A program made the translations under genes and the position numbers. This document shows, in pieces, positions 1 through 33,100 of a stretch of 64,000 nucleotides of DNA. Every line of letters starts with the position of its first letter. The first letter of the stretch is position 1. The notes under the pieces are model-generated. The model saw only the letters and a program-made list of their open reading frames with translations. It did no database searches and was not told the origin of the DNA. This stretch comes from Lama glama (lineage: Eukaryota), in assembly GCA_028534125.1 (NCBI GenBank), contig CM052816.1, positions 19,594,001-19,658,000 of the forward strand, given 5' to 3'.

Positions 1-1027
1 ATATGGTAAGTGTAGTCTCCAGAAATCATAGGATGGTAAAACCAAGTAGAAGGAACTTTATAGAGATCACCTACTCTGCGACTTTTACACTTGTTAGCTT
101 AGAATGTTACGACTGACTTGACATCATCATTTGCTCATCTCATAGGTTCCCCCTCTCAAGAAATGGCAACTCTAGCCATCCACAGGTTTATACCAAAAAT
201 CTAGAAGCCATCCATAGCTACTCTCTCTCACTCATCTGACACCCAATCCATCAACAAATTATGCAGTCTTGATTTTCAAATGATACCTACGGTGCAACTA
301 TTCTTCATTGGAATTACTGTTTTTCCTTCACTAATTTAACACACTTTTATTGAGCAACCATATGTGCCAGGCATTGTTTTAAGTGTTTGGAATATGCAAT
401 AAATACAGACAAAAACTTGTTTCATACAGTTTATATTCTGAGGAGGGTGGACAGATAAACAATCTGTGACAAATGGTGGTAAGAACTACAGAAAAAAACA
501 GAACAATGAAGGTGGACATATTGCTGAGGGGATGGAATACAGGCAGCAATTAACTGACTCAGTGTCTACAGAGCCCTGGAGCAATCAGAGAGTTCTAGGA
601 TCCTTGTGGTGACTGGTATAAGCAAGAAAAAAAGAGATATAATAAATAAAATTATTGATGATGGCATCAAGATAGACAGTGGTGAGTGGCTGGAAATTGG
701 GTATGTTGAAGGTCTTGCCAGGAATATACAGAATTCTATGACCACATTTTCACTCCAGTCAAGGAGGACATGATACTGTGAAAAGGGTCATCCTACCCAA
801 GGCATGTGGAAATCCTGGGCTCCTGGTCCAAACCTCAGCCATCTCTTATCTGGATTATTTCAGCTATGTCCTAGCAGGTCTCCCTGCCTTTACTCCTGCC
901 CAATATGAGATCTGTTCTGCACCCAGCATTCAAAACGATGGGTTTAAAACATATGCCGGTACTTTCAGTTAAAGACTGTTAGTTTACCACATATATTTAC
1001 TTCTCTTCCCTTGAAAAACCCTTTATA

Positions 1028-1160
1028 TGTTATGATAAATCACAGAGAAAAAAATGTGACAATGAGTGTGTATATGTCCATGTATGACTGAAAAATTGTA
1101 CTGAACACTGGAATTTGACACAACAAAAAAGAAAAAAAAAATAAAACACACACACACAAA
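1028..1160 (+). mobile_element. Short 5'-truncated young L1 3' end with A/CA tail
   Basis: Exact 14-bp TSD AAAAACCCTTTATA (1014-1027 and 1161-1174); near-identical to copies at ~52690-52850 (-) and ~61815-61900 (+). Confidence 0.8.
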
Positions 1161-2159
1161 AAAAACCCTTTATAAAATGTAACAACACAGGGATTGTTTT
1201 AAAAAACTGCAAAGACAAAGAAAATAAGAAAAGAGATGACAGCAGCAACGTTTTGATCAAGTACTACCTGACTTAGCAGAGCCAAGAAAGCTAAATCCTA
1301 AAATGGTAACAAACCAGACCTTCAAGAAGTAGCTTCTCTCATATCTATCCTGCCCCTGTTCTTCGGGAGAGTTACCTCTTTGCCACCTGATCTTCACATA
1401 AATTTCAGTCTTCTTTGTTTTCCAGTAAAGTTTTTAATAATTTTTTCCAGATATATCTCACAGATCTTTGTCAAGCTTATTGTTTCATGCTTTTATAACT
1501 TATATGATTTTTAAAGTACATTTTTTAACTTACAAGGAAAAGAAACGTAAATGATTTCTGTTAACTGCTTTTGTATCCATAAAGTTTACTATTCTCTCAT
1601 TAACTCTAATCATTTATTGCAGATTATTTTTAGTTTTCTACAAAAATAGTCACATCACTTGCAGATAACACTTGTTTCTTCCTTTCTAAACATTATACCC
1701 TTTTCTTGCTTACTGTGCTAGGACCTCCAGTAAAAGGCTGAATGAGTGTTAACTATTTTGTTTCTTATGTTAATAGCTTCAAAGCTTCACCAGTGAGTAT
1801 AAGGTCTGCTGTAGGATTATTTTGGTAGTATCCATTATTAAAGAGGTTCCCAACTAGTCTTAATGTGCTAAAATTGTAAACCATGAGTGAAATTCTCTCA
1901 AATGCCTTTTCTACATTATTTGAGATAATGGTAATAGGATGGATTATGTAACTTGATTTTTCTAATGTTAAACCAGCTTTGCATCCAAAGGATACTAACT
2001 TCAATATGATTATCTTTTTTAAGCATCGCTATAACTGGTTCATATATATATATACACACTCACACATACACACATATATTTAGAGTTTCTGCATCATTAT
2101 ACATGAAATTGTAATACAACTTGTTTGATTTTGATATCAATATTATATTGGCCTATAAA

Positions 2160-2780
2160 ATGGAACAGCTACTATGAAAAAGTTTGACAGTTTCTAAGGA
2201 AGTGAAATATAAATTACCATACAATGAGCAACTCAACTCCTAGGTAATCTACCCAAGAGAAATGAAGACATACATCCATACAAAGACCTGTATGCAAATT
2301 TTCACATTAGCATTATTCCTAACAGAGCAAAAGTGGAAATAATCCAAATATTCATCAGCTGGTTAATGGGGAAACAAAATACGACATATATTCATATGAT
2401 GGAATACTAATTACTCGGCAATAAAAAGAGTGAAGTAATGACAAATGGTCAAACGTATGTCCTACGTGAAATCAGTATAAGCTAGATGTATATTCCATTT
2501 ATACATTGTATTATTCCATTATATAAAACATCATGAAAAGGCAAATTTTTTTAGGGCAGAAAATAGATTAGTGGCTACCTCAGGCTGAGGTGAAAATAGG
2601 AAATGAATGCAAACAGGCACAAGACATTTTTCTGGAGAAAGACGTGATCTAAAATTGAATTGCGGTGATGGCTGCACAAATCTCTATGTGTACTAAAAAC
2701 CATTTTATTACACACTTAAACAAGGTGAATTTTATGGTATATAATTATACCTTAACAGAGCTATTTTAAAAGTTAAATAT
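2160..2780 (+). mobile_element. Old L1 (L1M-type) 3' region
   Basis: L1 3'UTR-like motifs (CTCCTAGGT...CCCAAGAGAAATGAAGACAT, ATGGAATACTA, GTGAATTTTATGGTAT). Confidence 0.7.
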
Positions 2781-4927
2781 AAATTATATAAATTGATGAG
2801 TATTCCTTCTTTTTTATACTTTGAAATACAGTATGGCTAGAAACATAATTTTTAATTCCTTGAATAGTTCTACTAGTGGTAGAACTCACTAGTTAAAAAT
2901 GGTCAGAAACTGGTGCTTTCCTTGTGGGAAAATTAAAAGGTGACTTATTTAATAAATGTAAGACTATTTCAGTGTTCTTGAGTCTGTTTAACCAAAAGCT
3001 TTCAAATGTACTGGCATACACAGAAAGAAAAAAGCAAGGAGGGAGGAGGAGACTATGCAAGGAGATGAAAGTTTCAAAAAACTATCAGCAATACCCAGAG
3101 AAACTTAAGAAATTTCTGTACCTATGAAACAAAGACAGGATGCTATTTAAAATTAAAATTCAGAGAAAAGAAAAGAGCTTTTAGAAATTAAAACTATGAA
3201 AACAGAATTCAAAAATTAAATAGGCTGAAAGCTTAGAGTTTAGGAGATCTCTAGTAAGGTAAAATGACAAAGAGGTGGAAAATACTTAGGAAAAATTAGG
3301 AAAAGTAAGGGAAGAAAAATTAGGAAAAGTAAGGGATGAGTCCAAGAGGTCCAATACCCAAATAAGAGTTCCAGAAAACAAGAAGGAAATCATCAAAAAT
3401 TCAAGAAAATTTCTCAGAAGTGAAGGATTTGAGTTTCTAGACTGAAAGAACCAACCAAGTAGTCAGGACATTTGTTGGAAAAAACAAACCTAAATGACAG
3501 GACAACACTGAAATTACAGAACATTAAGGATAAAGATTCAACAAGGTTCAAGACAAAAAAATTCAAATTAAAGACAAAAGGTTAATAACTGAATAACTAT
3601 TGGATTTCTCAAGAAAACCAATGGAAACTAAAAGAAATTCTGAAGGAAAATTATTCTCACCTCAAGTCTAGCTAAATGTCAAATAAATATAAGGACAGAC
3701 TAAGGATTTTCATACATGCAAAGATTCAAAAAATGTACTTCTGAGTTCTTTCTACTGAAAAAGCGGTCCCAAACAAAAGAATGCATCAAGAAAAAGTCAT
3801 GAAATCAATTTCCAGGGAAAGATGGAAGATTGAACACATGTGTCTATTTTTACACTCTCCAAGAAAGACAAAATATAATAGAAAGGAGATTTTTTTTTTT
3901 AATTCACAGGATAGGATTTAAAACAAAAGCAACTAATTAGGATAGGGTTTTATTTGGGGGAGTGCAATGAAAATGTTCTGGTATTGAATAGTGATGACAG
4001 TTGTAAAGTCCCATGACTATGATAAAAATCAATGAACAGATTGGGAAAGACATTAAAGGGCACCTAGATCCATCTTCCACCTACTTCTTCAATTCCCTCT
4101 GATCTCCGCAAATGGACACTGACTCTACTCAAGCACATGGATGAAAAGCATATTTAATATCTCTCTCCTACCAAGTAACCTGTTTAATCTCCTAATAATG
4201 CTTATCCAGTCTTTCTCACATTATGCTCATATCAAGCTCGCTACAGCATCCCCACTGGGTGCCAGTTCTACTCCTTGGGACCCAAAGGATAAATTCAATG
4301 GTTCTTTTATGTGACAGCCTTTGTTCAAAGAGTTAAAGGATGTTATCAAACCCCCTACGTCAAACTAAATACTCCTCATTCCTTTAATTGTTTCTCACTT
4401 GGTTCAAGGGTTACCACAGTCCTGTTGATTCTGTTTTATGCTCCTCTGTATCTCATTCAGAATTTTGTCCCTAAATCTACACACAATATATACACTACTA
4501 TTTTTTTGGAGAACACATGAATGGATTGAAAACACTGAGCACGACTTTCACCTTATCCCTTTCCAATACCCCATTTCTAATACTGCAGTCTGTGATCAAA
4601 AAAAAGTTTTTTTGGCCTCCATAGCACACTGACAACTCACACTGCTATTGCTAAGAAAAACTACTACCTTTTAACATGTGCTTCTAACTTTAAGTCTGTA
4701 CTGTTGAAACTTTGTATTTGAGTAAATAGCGTATATGAAGAATATAAAAATTTAAAGCTAGACAAATGCTTTGAGCCTTAGTTTTTACATGGGGAGAATG
4801 TAAACAAGCTGTGCTATCTAGATGGTGAGGTAGTTAAAACCATGCATTAAAGCAATTTATTTAGAAGTACAGTGAAAACTATTAAAAAAAAATGAAAGCT
4901 TCAATTTCTATTAGCACTCCACTTCTA

Positions 4928-25590
<20,663 letters not shown>

Positions 25591-26337
25591 GCCGCCGGCC
25601 GCGGGAAAGCTGTGCCCTTGGGCACTACGCGCAGGAGAACCCGAGAAAGTTATGAGACAACGCTGCTCTCGGATCTCCGGGCGAGTAGCAGCACTAAGAA
25701 GCGGCAGCAGCCACAGTGGCAGCGGCCATCAGAGCGCGGCCAACGAAAACAGGACGTGCTGGCGCCAGCGACAAGAGGAAGGAAAAAGCGGGCCGGAAGC
25801 TGCTGTCGATCCACAGCGCCTTCTATCGGCTGGAGGCCGCACAACGCCGGCCGCGCCGAAAGATGCGGCATCGGTCGGGTTTTCCCTGCACAGCCGCGGA
25901 AGCGCCAGCTCGTTCGTGCGGTAGAGGGCGGTGCTTCTGCCTTGCTGGCCCTGAGAGGGTCTTTCCTGCAGGGGCCAGAGAAGCGCCAAGTGCCTCATCA
26001 AGCTGTCCGAGGACGTGTGCTGACGTCTGCCTTAACGTGCCCTAAGTGATGCTACAAACATCTCCATTCATTCTTATTCATTTATACATTCATTCATTTA
26101 TATATATTGTTACGTGTCAGGCATGTGCTAGATCCCGGGGACCTTACAATCTAATGACGGATATAGGCATTAACAAAAACACGGGTAAATGTAATAAAAC
26201 AGGAAGGAGATTCCACGATAGGAGAGGAGTTCAGAAAGAGTTCCCTGAGGAAGTGACCTTTTAGGTGAGATTTGAAGACTGGGTAAGTGTTCACCTGGTG
26301 AAGAGGATGAAGAGCTCAAATTACATTCACAAAATTA

Positions 26338-26510
26338 CAATGGTTCTCAACATCGCCTGCGCTTGGGAGCTTAAAAAATGTATACGGATGCGTGTTTCAT
26401 TCTGATATTCTGATTTGATAGGTGTGAAGTGTTTTCTGTGCATTGGGAATTTTCAAGCTTCCTTGGTGATTCTGCAGTCCAGTCCAGTCAAAACTGAGAA
26501 AAACTTGCCT
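26338..26510. mobile_element. MER5-like hAT-Charlie relic
   Basis: CAATGGTTCTCAAC...ATTCTGATTT...GGTGATTCTG...TGAGAAA. Confidence 0.55.
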
Positions 26511-27326
26511 AGTGGAACATAGGCCAAAAATGTTCAGTTGTTATAGCAGAAAACTGTGAAGGGAGAGAGGCTCTCATTTACTTTACAAGCCTCTTACACC
26601 TAAGGGTAATAGAGTTCTAAGCCTTAATTGTGGCGGTCTTTGCATGGATGTATAATCATTTGTCAAAATTCACTTAACTGTACACTCTTTAACTGGTGTG
26701 TCATATTGTATGTAAATTTTACTTACCTCAATAAATTTGAATAAAAAAACAGAAAGAAAAGAAAAAATAAAACCAACAAGTGAAGACTCCAAGACGGGCT
26801 TCTGCTCTTCCTCTGTGATTTACTGTCCACCTGTGCAGTTCATACCAGGGGTAAGGAAGACCTGAGCCCATGTAACAATGCACGTCAAGGAGGGTCTCGG
26901 GTATCAGAGCCACTGTAACAGCTTGTATGTGGACTGAAGGGAAGGAGTGTGGGTTTCATTTTAAAGGAAATAGGAAACCACTAGTGAATTAAACAGTGGA
27001 AACAGTACCGATCAGAATCTAGGTATATTCCACAACTCTCCAAACACTGATTGATAAAGTGGATGTGAACTTTAAGAGTAAGAAAGGAATAAAGATGACT
27101 CTCAGGTTTTAAACAGAGCTACTGCAGACTGCGGTGAATTTGTGGAGATGAAGAAGGCAAGTGCGCAGCAATTTGCTTGGGGAAGGAGATAAGGTAAGTG
27201 TTTCCGCACGTGAGGTATCCAGGAGATTATGGCTGTGTAAGAGAACATTAAGAGTCTGGAGTTCAAGGGAGAAATAGAAGTTGGAGATACAAGGGTCATC
27301 AGCATTTTACAGAATGTGTAATAATA

Positions 27327-27946
27327 CAGATCTTCCTCGACTTAATGAGGTTACACCCTGATAAACCCATTGTAAGTTTAAAATACCCTAAATGGAAAAT
27401 GTATTTAATATACCTAACCTACCAAACAACATAGCCTAGCCAAGCCTACCTTAAAAGCACTCAATACTCACATATTAGCCCACAGTTGGGCAAAATCACC
27501 TAACATAAAGCCTATTTTATAATAAAGTGTTGAATATCTCATGTAATTTATTGAATACTGTACTGAAAGTGAAAAACAGACTGGTTGCAGAGGAGGGTAT
27601 AGCTAAGTGGTAGAGTACATGCTTAGCATGCATGAGGTCCTGGGTTCAACCCCCAGTACCTCCATTAAATAAACAAACCTAATTACCTTCCCCCCCTTAA
27701 AAAAAAAAACAGAATGGTTGATAGGTACAGAATGGTTATAAATTTATCATCTGGAGTGGCTGACCAGGAGCTGCAGCTCTCTGCTACTGCCCAGCGTCAC
27801 CAGAGAGTATCATAATGCAGATCATTAGGCCAGGAAAAGATAAAAATCCAAAATTTGAAGTACTTTCTAATGAATGTGTATCACTTTTGCACCATCATAA
27901 TGCTGAAAAATTGTAAGTCAAACTATCCTACGTCAGGAGCTGTCTG
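27327..27946 (+). mobile_element. MER47/Tigger5-like DNA transposon with a SINE inserted
   Basis: TA|CAGATCTTCCTCGACTTA...GGAGCTGTCTG|TA ends; internal CCTAACCTACC and CACAGTTGGGCAAAATCA. Confidence 0.8.
27588..27704 (+). mobile_element. tRNA-derived SINE (Vic-1-like)
   Basis: A/B boxes; 16-bp TSD AAAAACAGA(C/A)TGGTTG. Confidence 0.88.
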
Positions 27947-29514
27947 TACATGGTATTTGAAATTAAGGAATCGGATGAGGCCATACAGAAATTGTTATAG
28001 GTAGAATTTGAATACTCAAATTTCTTGAGTTTAAGTGGGAACACAGAGACTTGGAAAACAAGTTTAATTGCAAATCATTAATTTTTTCAGAATCTAAGCT
28101 GGAACCAGAATTCAATCATGTGATACCCAGGTCAGAGCTCTTTTCAAGACACTTTATTTCTAACTCCCATTTAAGAGAACATATTCACCTGACAATCCTG
28201 ATTGGTTTTTTATGTCCACAGTATATTTATGATAAATTCACAGCATTTCTATGTCCTAGAAAAAGCTACTTTTATCTGTTAGGAGAGGTTTAAGAAGTAA
28301 TTATAGTCTGCCATGTCTCCAATACATCACTTACTTATCAAACTGTCCTGCCTTCCAAAGCAGATTTTGATTCCAACAATTAACCCAGTTCTGGTATGTC
28401 ATAACTCTCCTGCTGTTTTTAGTACCAACTGATTCACACATGTCCATTTATACAACTAATCAGATTAAAAAGCTATGGGAGAAGATTTCACCTCTCAGCA
28501 ATCATCCTCGTCAATCCTGTTTTAACTCATAAACATCCCTGAAATTCCTAAATAAAATATCCTTTTAAGTTATTCCAAACACTAAGAAATTTTCATTTCC
28601 ATTTGATATTATTCAGCAGACTTAAACAAATACTCAGGGAAATGCCAATCAGCTGAAAAGAAAAAGTGGCACCTATAGATAGATGTCTTTTATCTTCTTT
28701 TTGAAATAGATTTTATGATGATCTACACTTACTATAACGTTGCATGTGCCAACTGACAAAATGGGACTTTTTTTTTTAAGAAACAAAAGAAGTAAATGTG
28801 CAATTAAAAACCCCTCGTATCTCCCCAGGGACTGGGGAAGAGAGTGACAAATTCAGGATGCTTTCCAATCCTCTATTAGATTCCCATGAAATCAGGAAAT
28901 ATGTGTGCTTGTAATTTACCCTAGGTCAGAGGAATAGACTTAAATTGTTGTACATACTCTCCATTATCATGGTTTAAAATAAAAAGACTTTGTGAGTAAT
29001 AAAAAAAAAGTGTGTTTTTAATATCACAAGGATTAATCAGACTATACAAAAAACTGTCAAGAAATGTAGTATCAAGTGATATAACACTTATAACTCTTGT
29101 AAGAAGAAAAACTTTCCAAATATTACAGTGTTACCAAGTTAGTTAAAAGCATATATATATATATATATTAGGTTGCATACTGCAGTCAATTCTTCAAATC
29201 CCATTTTTATATCTAACCATTATATTGTAGTTTCCTTAAAAAACATACTTCTGAAAACTAAAAACTCAAAAGCAAAAATTGCCAATTCTGAGTTTGGTAA
29301 TAAAAATTTTGATAAATTAAAATTAAATAAAGATTTCAAAAATAACTTTTAATTTCATATGTACGAATCTTAGCCATTTCTTCCATTAAATATTTGTGCT
29401 GGAGTGAAAATTAAGATACTGGCTCAACAAGAAATTATAAAATTGTCTACCTTATTCAGCCCTTGTAAGTTTAAAATGTGCAGACTTAACATTAGACAAT
29501 TCAGTTTCTTTCAT

Positions 29515-29520
29515 TTTATT
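29515..29520 (-). terminator. CAMLG: Probable CAMLG proximal polyadenylation signal AATAAA
   Basis: First AATAAA seen on the minus strand, ~400 nt after the stop codon. Confidence 0.6.
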
Positions 29521-29921
29521 TTTGAGATGGCTCCACTTCCCAGGACAGACAATACAAATACAAGTGCAGTCCTTGGGACTGGCTGAGACCATGTTCACCT
29601 GTTCTCCCAAAAGCACTAGGTTAGCTCCCCAAAGAATTACAAATGTGAGAAGTTAGGGAAAGGTGTAGACTAGGAACTCTAATTAAACAAGAAAAATCAA
29701 TTACTGACATTGGGACTCTATTCTTCACATCAGTATTAATACAAACTCAACCATTTTAAATCAGGGAACCTGCCATTCCATTCTTAATCAAGTGCTTTTA
29801 CAACCCTCAAAAGTAAAAGAATTACATGAAGGTGTAAACCAATATGCCTCCTTTAGAGACATTGCAACATAGAAGAGAAATTATTTTTTTTGTAAGTTTC
29901 TCCTTGTGAGTTCTGCAGGCT

Positions 29922-30113
29922 TCATGGTACTTCGGAGCCCCAATAATCAAGCAGTTCATGACAAAAGATAAAAGTGAAAAAGTAGACACAGAGATCTGTG
30001 AAAACTTCGCCCATTTTGCTATACGTATCCATTGACCGATTTATCACTTCGGCAGGAATTCCAGATAACAGAAGTGCAGCTGTTAGTACTGTTGTCTTTA
30101 TCTTCTTTTCACC
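29922..30113 (-). CDS. CAMLG: CAMLG exon 4, coding part (192 nt including TGA)
   Basis: GTACAG|GGT GAA AAG AAG ATA...GTA CCA TGA. Confidence 0.95.
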   Translation of the reverse strand, partial: GEKKIKTTVLTAALLLSGIPAEVINRSMDTYSKMGEVFTDLCVYFFTFIFCHELLDYWGSEVP

Positions 30114-33100
30114 CTGTACAGAGAAAGACTTAAATAAATCTTGCAGCTTTCGGAAGACTACTTAAACGCTATAAAAACGTTGCTGCCGCTATTTTTGCCT
30201 AACTGATTTTAAAACTGTTAATGAAGTTTTAAAATATCGACCAATAATATATTAACAAACACTGAGCATGTAATATGTAAAGCAGAAAACTGTTAGGCAA
30301 TGGAAAAGACACAATTCTTGCTATCAAAAGTTTTTTTAAAAGATCTTATCTTAGAGGGAAGACATAAATAATTATTTAAGATATATACACAGCACCAGAC
30401 AAAAACAGGAGAAGCAATACTCAACAGGACATAAACCGCTAAATAAATGACATGGATAATAGGTGCCATAGTGGTTCAAAGGAAATGGAAATTACTTCAG
30501 GATTTTGTGAATGAATAAAGCACAGGGAAGGATTTCAGGAGGAAATGAAATTAAAAACAGGCTTTCAACAGTAAGCAAGATTTAGATGGGCAGAAGGGAG
30601 AGGAGAAATCTATTCTAAGGTTAAGTCTGATGACAACAAAAGTCAGGAGAGTGATAGGTGTACTGGAGGACAGTGAGTTATTTGTAACAGAATCAAAGGA
30701 ACATTCTGTAGAGCCCTAATTGCCATCCAAAGGAATTCACACTTGATTACAGATGCAACAGGATACCACTAAACATTTATTTCCTAATATAATTTTGGGC
30801 CACATTTCTTAAGAGATTCAAGGCTAAATTTTCATTTATTAATTTGGTATCACCAAATCCAATCAAATGGGCCAAAAAAATTTCTAACAGAAAAAGCTAT
30901 AGTTAGCCAAAAGAAATCAAAGCCTACGTCCACAAAAAAACTCATACAAGAAAGTTCTTATCTGCTTTAGTCATGTTAGCCAAAAATTGGAAACAACCCA
31001 GGTGTCCATCAATAGATTAGATAAATAAATGGATATATTCACCCAGTGGAATATTACTCAGCAAAAAAAGAGAGAGAGAGACAGAAAGAGACAGAATAAA
31101 CTACTGACACATTCAACAATATGGGTGAATCTCAAAAATATTATGCAGAATGAAAGAAGCCTTGTACAAAGAAGTCAGTACAGGAACAATTTCATTTATA
31201 ATATGTACTAAAACAACCAAAACCAATCTATGGTGGGGAAAAGAAAATCAAAAACCTTCAGGCTGTAGGGGCTGGTGCTCCCTGGAAAAGGGCATGATGG
31301 AACTTCCTGGCAGTTAATGTTCTAAACCTTGAAAGGATCTGGTTTTCACAGGTTGTCTAAACTCATTAAATGGTATACTGAAGACTTAAGCATTTCACTG
31401 TATAAAAATTTTATCTCAAAAAATGAAGTAGAATCATAAACATTGAATTGTAGTTGATATGCAAGCTGAAATGTGGAGAGGTAAAATAAACTGGTATCTT
31501 CATCTACAACATACTTTGAAATGCATGAAGAGAAAAAGATGCATTGAAAATGGACAGAAAATTGGACATATACATGATAAATATAATAAAATGTTAATTA
31601 CAGAATCTAGGTAGTAAGTACTAGGGTGTTCACTGCACAACGCTTTCAACTTTTCTGTGTTTTAAACTTGCTAAAACAAAATGTTTTGTAAAAGGAAAAT
31701 TATACACAAATCTCCCTTACTTTTCTCTCCCCCATTTACCTAGTAACCCGTACACACTCTGTCACAAATAACCACTGCTAATAATTTCATGTAATATTCT
31801 TCCAGAGCTTTATACATATGTAAGCAAAATCAAATACATATTATTTTCCTCCTTTTTACAAAAAAGGAGTATACTATATATCCTATTCTGTATTTTGATT
31901 TTTATCTTAATATTTCTTGGTGAGCTTACCATTATCATTTCATGGAGAGCTTCATCATTCTGAATAGATATGCTGTAATTTTTTTAACTAGACACTTATT
32001 AGTAGACATTTAGGTTGTTTCCAAACTTTTCCTATTGCAAAACTAAAATCAATGTTTCAACTGTAAATTTCTAAACAAATGGTTTAATTAATATTACATT
32101 TTTGGGAGGGATCAATAAATATACATCTATATCATAAAAAATGTTTTAATTAAAAATTGAAACTACATTTCTTTCTTCACTCCTTTACTTTGTGTACTGG
32201 ACTTACCTGACTTCTCAAAAATGTTTCAAATCCATTCAACACACACGTGAGGTCTATCAGTGCATTACAAACAACTAAACAAACAGCCAAGTAGCCATTT
32301 TTTGGCAACAATCTCATACAAAACTCAACTAAGTAACGCTACACAAGTAAGGTATCTTGTATACCAGCCAAGCCAAGACCCATAAAACTGTACAATACAA
32401 CTGTAGTCAAGCAGACCAGGAAAACACTGATGCTCCCCAGGATTCTGTTCTGTAAGTATGGCCATTTGTTTCTTGGAAACATCAGGCCCTTGGCATTAAA
32501 GATAAAGTACACTATTATTAAGTATCTAGTAAGGAGCACAGTAAGATGACTAAACATTTTTAAATTAACTTCCCTCATTGTAAACAAATCTTTTACTAAA
32601 TTTACTAAATAATTAAATTTAACACTTTCTTACACAAGTACCATTCAAATTCTTTCACGAAGCTTCCTCCCAATTCACAGTGGACCAACATTCTTTTAAA
32701 TAAAGGGTGGAGGGTATAACTCAGTGGTGAAGAGTATGCTTAGCATGCATGAGGGCCTGGGTTCAATCCTCAGTATCTCCATTAAAAAAAAAAATACACA
32801 CACACACATATAAATGAACTTAATTATCTCCCCCAAAAACAAACAAAAAAAAGACTAAATAAAGTTAGACGCAAGTCAAAAATAACCCATGATATTAAAA
32901 TATATACATATGTATAAAAAATATTCAAATGTTATGGCAATGTCAAATTGCTATAAAAGTCTCTAATTACTTTCTGAATTTAACTCATTACATACAGAAA
33001 CAAACAGTATGAAGACTGGCACTGGTGAGCCAATCACCCTTTAACTAGCACTGATTCAGACCACAAATATAAATAATTTTTTTTAAGTTCTTAAAATCAT

